Part shown: one piece after another, positions 57,920-64,000 of the stretch | Layout of the letters: each line of letters opens with the position of its first letter | Numbering within the stretch: position 1 is the stretch's first letter | NCBI GenBank assembly: GCA_958296075.1 | Contig: CATQHW010000005.1 | Span: forward strand, 73,270 to 137,269 | DNA: 64,000 bases | Reading direction: 5' to 3' | Source of the DNA: an uncultured Spirochaetia bacterium | GTDB lineage: Bacteria; Spirochaetota; Spirochaetia; SZUA-6; Bin103 | Notes under the pieces: model-generated | Databases searched by the model: none | The model's input: only the letters and a program-made list of their open reading frames with translations | What the model was told of the DNA's origin: nothing | Translations under genes and position numbers: made by a program

Positions 57920-58198
57920 ATGATTGCTCTGTTGGTGGGCTTGGTGCTTCTGTTGTTCGCGGTCTACTCGGTACTGCCGGTTCCGTGGTCGACGCAGTGG
58001 TGGTCCCACGTCGTGGACTTCCTGAAGGGGGGCATTCCGGTCGCGGCCCTGCTGATCGGTCTGATCGGGCTGTTCGTCGGATTTGCCGATATCAAGGACA
58101 AGATGGAAGCCAGGAAGGAAGAGCGAGAGGCGAAGGCGGCCGAAGCGGCGGAGGCCGGCGGTTCCGGCGGCAAGGGCGCCGGCCGATCCTCCGCGTAG
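57920..58198 (+). CDS. Small two-TM membrane protein with charged tail
   Basis: MIALLVGL...FLKGGIP...ADIKDKMEARKEE; RBS GAGG; upstream of rplM. Confidence 0.75.
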   Translation: MIALLVGLVLLLFAVYSVLPVPWSTQWWSHVVDFLKGGIPVAALLIGLIGLFVGFADIKDKMEARKEEREAKAAEAAEAGGSGGKGAGRSSA

Positions 58199-58232
58199 GG
58201 CGACGCGCGGCAGAGGAATGAAGGGTTAGGTG

Positions 58233-58670
58233 ATGAAGACGGTTTTCGTGCGCCCCCGCGACGTGGAGCGGCGGTGGTACATCGCGGACGCCGACGGCGC
58301 TCCGCTCGGCCGGCTGGCGGCGCGGGTGGCCAGCGTGTTGCGCGGCAAGCACCGCCCCTGGTTCGCGCCGCACCAGGATCTGGGGGACCGCGTGGTGGTC
58401 ATCAACGCGGCCAAGGTGGCCGTGTCCGGCAACAAACGGAGCGACAAGCGGTACTATCGCCATTCCGGGTACCCCGGCGCGCTGCGCAGCGAATCGTTCG
58501 AGCACGTCATCGCCCGCAAGCCGGTCTTTCCGATGGAACGCGCCATTCGAGGCATGCTCCCCAAGGGCGCTCTGGGCCGCGAGCTGTTCCGCAACGTGCG
58601 CGTCTACCCCGGTGCCGAGCACCCTCATCAGGGTCAGCATCCCCAACCTCTCGAACTGGATCACGAATGA
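58233..58670 (+). CDS. rplM: 50S ribosomal protein L13
   Basis: WYIADA..LGRLA..LRGKH, YYRHSGYPG, GMLPK. Confidence 0.97.
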   Translation: MKTVFVRPRDVERRWYIADADGAPLGRLAARVASVLRGKHRPWFAPHQDLGDRVVVINAAKVAVSGNKRSDKRYYRHSGYPGALRSESFEHVIARKPVFPMERAIRGMLPKGALGRELFRNVRVYPGAEHPHQGQHPQPLELDHE

Positions 58671-59119
58671 TGGCAGAAACCGACAGCACCAACCTGGCCC
58701 TGGGCACGGGGCGCCGCAAGACCGCGGTCGCCCGCGTATTCCTGCGCCCGCCGGTCGCCGGCGCCGGTGCCGGCGAGACCGACCTGCACCGGGTGGCGGC
58801 CGGCCAGATCACCGTCAACGGCAAGTCGCTGGACGATTACTTCAAGTCCGAGGAACTGGTGCAGCGGGTGACGTCCCCGCTCGACGTCACTGACAATCTC
58901 GGCAAGCTCAGCATCCTCATCAACGTGTCCGGCGGCGGACCGGCCGGTCAGGCGGACGCCAGCCGGCACGGCTTGGCGCGTGCGCTCGACGCCTACGACG
59001 CCGCCAACCATGAGAGCCTGCGGGCAAACGGCTTCCTGACGCGCGACCGCCGCATGGTGGAGCGCAAGAAGTATGGCCGTCCCAAGGCGCGCAAGCGCTT
59101 TCAGTTCTCCAAGCGGTAA
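58667..59119 (+). CDS. rpsI: 30S ribosomal protein S9
   Basis: GTGRRKTAVARV, GGG..GQA, LTRD.RMVERKKYG..KARKRFQFSKR. Confidence 0.97.
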   Translation: MMAETDSTNLALGTGRRKTAVARVFLRPPVAGAGAGETDLHRVAAGQITVNGKSLDDYFKSEELVQRVTSPLDVTDNLGKLSILINVSGGGPAGQADASRHGLARALDAYDAANHESLRANGFLTRDRRMVERKKYGRPKARKRFQFSKR

Positions 59120-59158
59120 CCCGGCCGCTGCCGCGCCAGCCGCGGTCGTGAGCGCGTC

Positions 59159-59602
59159 GTGGAGCTGACCGGGCGCGCGGCGGCGCTGCAGCTCGCCAAG
59201 GCGCTCATCGCGCGCCGCGACCACTCGGTCTTCGAGTTGCGGCGGAAACTGCATGACAGAGGGCACGCGGGCGATGCGGATGCGGTGATTGATGCGTTGA
59301 CCGCGGCCGGGCTCCTCGACGACGAGCGCTACGCCCGCGCCTGGGTGACCGCCCGCACCGGGCGCAAGGCCGAGGGCCGCCGCCGTCTGGTGGCCGAGTT
59401 GGTCGCGCGCGGCGTGCCAAGCCCGCTCGCCGAAGCGGTGGTGGCGGACGAGCTGCCGGACGCGGCGGAACAGGCGTTGCTCCGTTCGAGTGCGGCAGCC
59501 CTGCACGCGCGCGGCCACGACCGGTTCGCCGTCGCCCGCCGGCTGCTGGCCAGGGGGTTCCCGGAGGGAGCGGTGCGGCGCATTACGGCGGTCGACCCGT
59601 AA
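59159..59602 (+). CDS. recX: Regulatory protein RecX
   Basis: RRDHSVFELRRKL, LLDDERYA, LLARGF. Confidence 0.85.
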   Translation: MELTGRAAALQLAKALIARRDHSVFELRRKLHDRGHAGDADAVIDALTAAGLLDDERYARAWVTARTGRKAEGRRRLVAELVARGVPSPLAEAVVADELPDAAEQALLRSSAAALHARGHDRFAVARRLLARGFPEGAVRRITAVDP

Positions 59603-59635
59603 TCGCCGCCGGGGGCGGCCCGGACGCCCGCAGGT

Positions 59636-60928
<1,293 letters not shown>

Positions 60929-60980
60929 CTATAGTAATTCACGGTGCGGGTTCGGTGAAGCTCGACCGGTCGCGGCGGGT

Positions 60981-62885
60981 TCAGGCGCGCGGCGAGGGCG
61001 CGCCGGCGACCACCTGCTCCCACGGAGGCGCGGGTATCCGCAGCGGCAGCGTCACGAACATCCGACGCGGCGGCCCGCCCGGCTCGTCGGCGGAGATCAC
61101 GATGCCGACGTCGATGGCGATCGACTCCTGCGTGTCCCGCAGGCTGTCCGGCAGATGGAGCTTCACCCGCCGCTCCACCCGCTCGCCGGGCTCGATACGG
61201 CCGACCGGCACCCGTATGCCGGCAGCGTGCACGCTGATGCCGGTACGTGCCACCACGCCGGGATTCTCCACCTGCAGAGGGATGCTCACCGGCCGCGGGT
61301 CGTCCGCCGAGATCACCAGCCGGTCCGGGCTGAGCACCAGGAACGGCTCCTGGAACATCACCGACTCGGCGTCGCTGCGGACGCCGATCGCGCGCTCCAG
61401 TCCCGACCGAATCTCCTGATCGTCCGGGAACAGGCCGAGCGCGTGCTCATACAGCTCCACGGCCAGATCGGCCCGCTGCAGCGCCTGCGCCATGTCGCTC
61501 CAATCCTGCGCCGCCACGGCGTGGGTGAGCGCGAGCGCCGCGAGCTGCCGGGCGAGGTCGCCGGCGCCGGCGGCCTCCGGGGCCCCCACGCCTTCCGAGG
61601 CGCCCGTGCCGTCCGAGGCCCCTACGCCGTCCGAGGCGCCGGCACTGTAGTCGCCGAAGCGCAGGATCCGGTTCCGCGGCCCATCAAGCAGGAAGAACGC
61701 GCCCTGGTCCGTCGCCGGTTCCAGCGTGAATTGGGCCGGCAGGGTTTCCCGGCCGCCGCCCGGCGCGGACTGCAGCCACAGCGGGCGCCCGCGCGGGTCG
61801 AACCCCCAGATCATGCCGGAGCCGCCCAGCAGGATCGATCCGTCGGCAAGCGTGGCGACCGCGTGCGGCAACGGGAGCATCCGCGGGTCGACCTGGGGGC
61901 GAATGGAGCCGATCTCACGGCCGTCCAGGCCGGCGATCACCACCCTGCGATCGAACGGGTCGTACAGCACGAGCCGGCGTCCGCGATCGACGTCCATCGC
62001 GGTGATGAAGCGGGCGGCGGCCGGCACGCGGTGCGTCTCGATATCGTGCTCGGTCAGGCGCACGTAGGTCGGTCCGTGTCCGGTAAGGGCGGCCAGCCCG
62101 CCGCCGGGCACCGCCTCCAGCCGGCGGGCGCTGGACGGCAGATCGACGGAGGCGACGCCGGTCTGGCCGCTGCGGCGGCGCAGGATGCGCGCCCCGTCCA
62201 GGTCGGCAGCCAGCAGGTCGTGCGTCCAACTGGTGCGTGCGATTTCGTGCGGCGCCGCTGCGGCCGGCGGGAGCGGCGCCGGCCGCAGCGACGCCGGGGT
62301 GGCGGCGGTCATCTCGAAACGGGGTCCCAACTCGACCGATCCACCGGTCAACAGCACGCTCACGCCGCGGTCGTGGGCGGCGAAGTCGAGGATCTGCATG
62401 TCGGGCTCCGGCCCGGCGTCTGCGCCGCCGGTCGCCCGATCGACGGTGTGAATCAGGTCGGCGATCCGGTACCCGTCGATCGCGCCGGTGATGTCCGGCG
62501 GCAGGTAGATCGGAGGCGGGAAGCCGGCGCGCGCCGCCTGCAGGTAGCCCAGGTCGGCGGCCAATGCCGCAGCGACCGCCTCTCCGGCGGCTGCCGGCGT
62601 CGAGCGCACGGTGGAACGCACCGACAGATCGGCTTCCAGGTCGGTGGTCGTGATCAGCAGGTCGAATCCGCCGCCGGAGACGGCGATGTCGACGCCGATG
62701 CGCACCGGCTGGGCGGGCGGACCGTCGCCGGTCTCGGCCAGCATGGTGTGCAGCCTGCCGATCAGGACGCCTTCGTCGAGACCGGCGCGCGGATCGATCG
62801 TCCACTCGGAGACCCGCGAGCCGACCGCCTGAGCGCCGGCGATGAGCAGCGCGCACGCGGCGACGGCCGCTCTGATCGCGCTCAT
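60981..62885 (-). CDS. Secreted hypothetical protein with NHL-like beta-propeller region and a TPR-like helix pair
   Basis: Signal peptide; AMDVDRGRRLVLYD, LLDGPRNRILRF; LYEHALGLFPDD; ATGA-coupled to murE. Confidence 0.6.
   Translation of the reverse strand: MSAIRAAVAACALLIAGAQAVGSRVSEWTIDPRAGLDEGVLIGRLHTMLAETGDGPPAQPVRIGVDIAVSGGGFDLLITTTDLEADLSVRSTVRSTPAAAGEAVAAALAADLGYLQAARAGFPPPIYLPPDITGAIDGYRIADLIHTVDRATGGADAGPEPDMQILDFAAHDRGVSVLLTGGSVELGPRFEMTAATPASLRPAPLPPAAAAPHEIARTSWTHDLLAADLDGARILRRRSGQTGVASVDLPSSARRLEAVPGGGLAALTGHGPTYVRLTEHDIETHRVPAAARFITAMDVDRGRRLVLYDPFDRRVVIAGLDGREIGSIRPQVDPRMLPLPHAVATLADGSILLGGSGMIWGFDPRGRPLWLQSAPGGGRETLPAQFTLEPATDQGAFFLLDGPRNRILRFGDYSAGASDGVGASDGTGASEGVGAPEAAGAGDLARQLAALALTHAVAAQDWSDMAQALQRADLAVELYEHALGLFPDDQEIRSGLERAIGVRSDAESVMFQEPFLVLSPDRLVISADDPRPVSIPLQVENPGVVARTGISVHAAGIRVPVGRIEPGERVERRVKLHLPDSLRDTQESIAIDVGIVISADEPGGPPRRMFVTLPLRIPAPPWEQVVAGAPSPRA
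61582..61635. repeat. Three imperfect 18-nt in-frame tandem repeats (GASDGV-type linker)
   Basis: GCCCCCACGCCTTCCGAG / GCGCCCGTGCCGTCCGAG / GCCCCTACGCCGTCCGAG. Confidence 0.75.
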
Positions 62886-64000
62886 GGCTGCAGCGCCGCG
62901 TGCGCTTCTGCGGCTTCGTCCCACGGCTGCAGGTGATCGGCGTACTCGATCGTCCGCTCGTGCCCCTTGCCGAGCAGCAGTACGGTGTCGCCGGGCCGGG
63001 CGAGTCCCACCGCGGCGCCGATCGCCGCGCGGCGATCGGGGATGAGCTGCGGCGCCGGAGCGCCGGCGGCGAACCCGGCGGCGATGTCCTTGAGGATCAG
63101 CATCCGATCCTCGCGCCGCGGGTCTTCATCGGCAAGGATCACGATGTCGGCGTGCTCGGAGACGATCCGTCCCTGCATGGCCCGTTTCTGTCGATCCTTT
63201 TCGCCCGCCGAGCCGAACACGACGATGACGCGGCCGTCTGCGGCCGGATCTTCCCGCCGCCGCAGCCGCAGCCCGGCGAACAGGTGCTCGAACGCCGCCG
63301 GCGTGTGCGCGTGGTCGACGATCACGGCGAATCCCCGGTCGTTGGCGATCGGCTGCATGCGGCCGGGCAGTGGCCTCAGAATCGGCAGCTCGTCCAGCAC
63401 CCGCTCCGGGACGGCGCCGGCCACGCCGGCGGCCAGCAGGCAGGCGGCGGCGACGTTGCCCGCCTGCACGGGATCGCCCAGCGGCACGCGGCGCCGGCGG
63501 CGGACGCCGTGCAGCTCGACCGCCAGGGTCAGGCCCGATCGGCAGGCATTCTCGACCGCCGCGGCGCAGTCGGCCGCGGCCGGAGCCGCGGTGAAGCTCT
63601 GCGCCGCCGGGAAGCGGGCGGACAGGTACTCCCACGCGGCGTCGTCGCGGTTGAGTACCGCCACGCCGGGCGATCCGTCGGGGCGATCCCGGAGCATGTC
63701 GAGCAGTCCCGCCTTGGCGTTGCGGTACCGCTCCCAGTCCCCGTGAAACTCCAGGTGCTCGTGGGTGACGTTGGTGATCGCCGCGGCGGCAAGGGGTAAC
63801 CCATCGACCCTGCCGGCCGCCAGCGCGATCGACGTCGCTTCGATGACCGCGGCGCGCAGGCCGTGGCCGGCCATACGTGCCAGCAGTGCGTGCAGCTCCG
63901 GCGCCTCCGGCGTCGACAGCCGCCACGGCGTGTCCGCCGCACCTGTCCCGTCGTCGACGTAGACGCTGGAGACCAGTCCGCACGGGACGCCCAGGCGGTC
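62882..64000 (-). CDS. murE: UDP-N-acetylmuramyl-tripeptide synthetase, 3' part (start is beyond the right edge)
   Basis: STPEAPEL, EATS, TNVTHEHLEFHG, PGRM, DHAHTP, GSAGEKD, DEDPR, GKGHE. Confidence 0.92.
   Translation of the reverse strand, partial: DRLGVPCGLVSSVYVDDGTGAADTPWRLSTPEAPELHALLARMAGHGLRAAVIEATSIALAAGRVDGLPLAAAAITNVTHEHLEFHGDWERYRNAKAGLLDMLRDRPDGSPGVAVLNRDDAAWEYLSARFPAAQSFTAAPAAADCAAAVENACRSGLTLAVELHGVRRRRRVPLGDPVQAGNVAAACLLAAGVAGAVPERVLDELPILRPLPGRMQPIANDRGFAVIVDHAHTPAAFEHLFAGLRLRRREDPAADGRVIVVFGSAGEKDRQKRAMQGRIVSEHADIVILADEDPRREDRMLILKDIAAGFAAGAPAPQLIPDRRAAIGAAVGLARPGDTVLLLGKGHERTIEYADHLQPWDEAAEAHAALQP

Noticed and set aside
61582..61635. 18-nt repeats as a CRISPR array
   Set aside because: They are contiguous, imperfect, in frame within a CDS, with no spacers and no cas genes.

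Overview
High-GC bacterial chromosome segment, most likely from a Spirochaetota genome. This is inferred from an archaeal-type pyrH, a MurE with a DEDPR motif, a spirochaete-style solute-binding-protein leader and a small membrane gene upstream of rplM-rpsI. The left ~43 kb is accessory. It holds a Menshen-like DUF262 + ABC-ATPase defence pair cut by the window edge, a Uma2 nuclease beside a deleted and inverted relic of a type I R-M / AlbA_2 locus, and a lamin-tail lipoprotein. Next come a beta-helix glycoside hydrolase with a sugar ABC transporter and a twin-MoxR/DUF58/DUF4129 operon. A ~14 kb cell-surface glycosylation cluster follows (GT2, GT-C-like membrane proteins, flippase-like protein, deacetylases, FemAB-like GNAT, methyltransferase); its GT-C proteins carry tandem copies of a ~100-aa two-Cys domain I cannot assign to a known family. 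Further right are an NCS2 transporter fused to a degenerate RsbW-like domain, two paralogous AAA-ATPase/PD-(D/E)XK genes (one frameshifted) and a candidate structured ncRNA before murB. The right ~21 kb is mostly housekeeping: katG, fabH/D/G/F, tRNA-Leu(CAA), pyrH, lolA, rodZ-like, uvrD, rplM-rpsI, recX, eno and murE. Several genes appear leaderless (TAnnnT 6-7 nt before the start codon). No CRISPR array, rRNA, integrase or transposase was recognised. All calls come from reading motifs by eye; no database searches were run.
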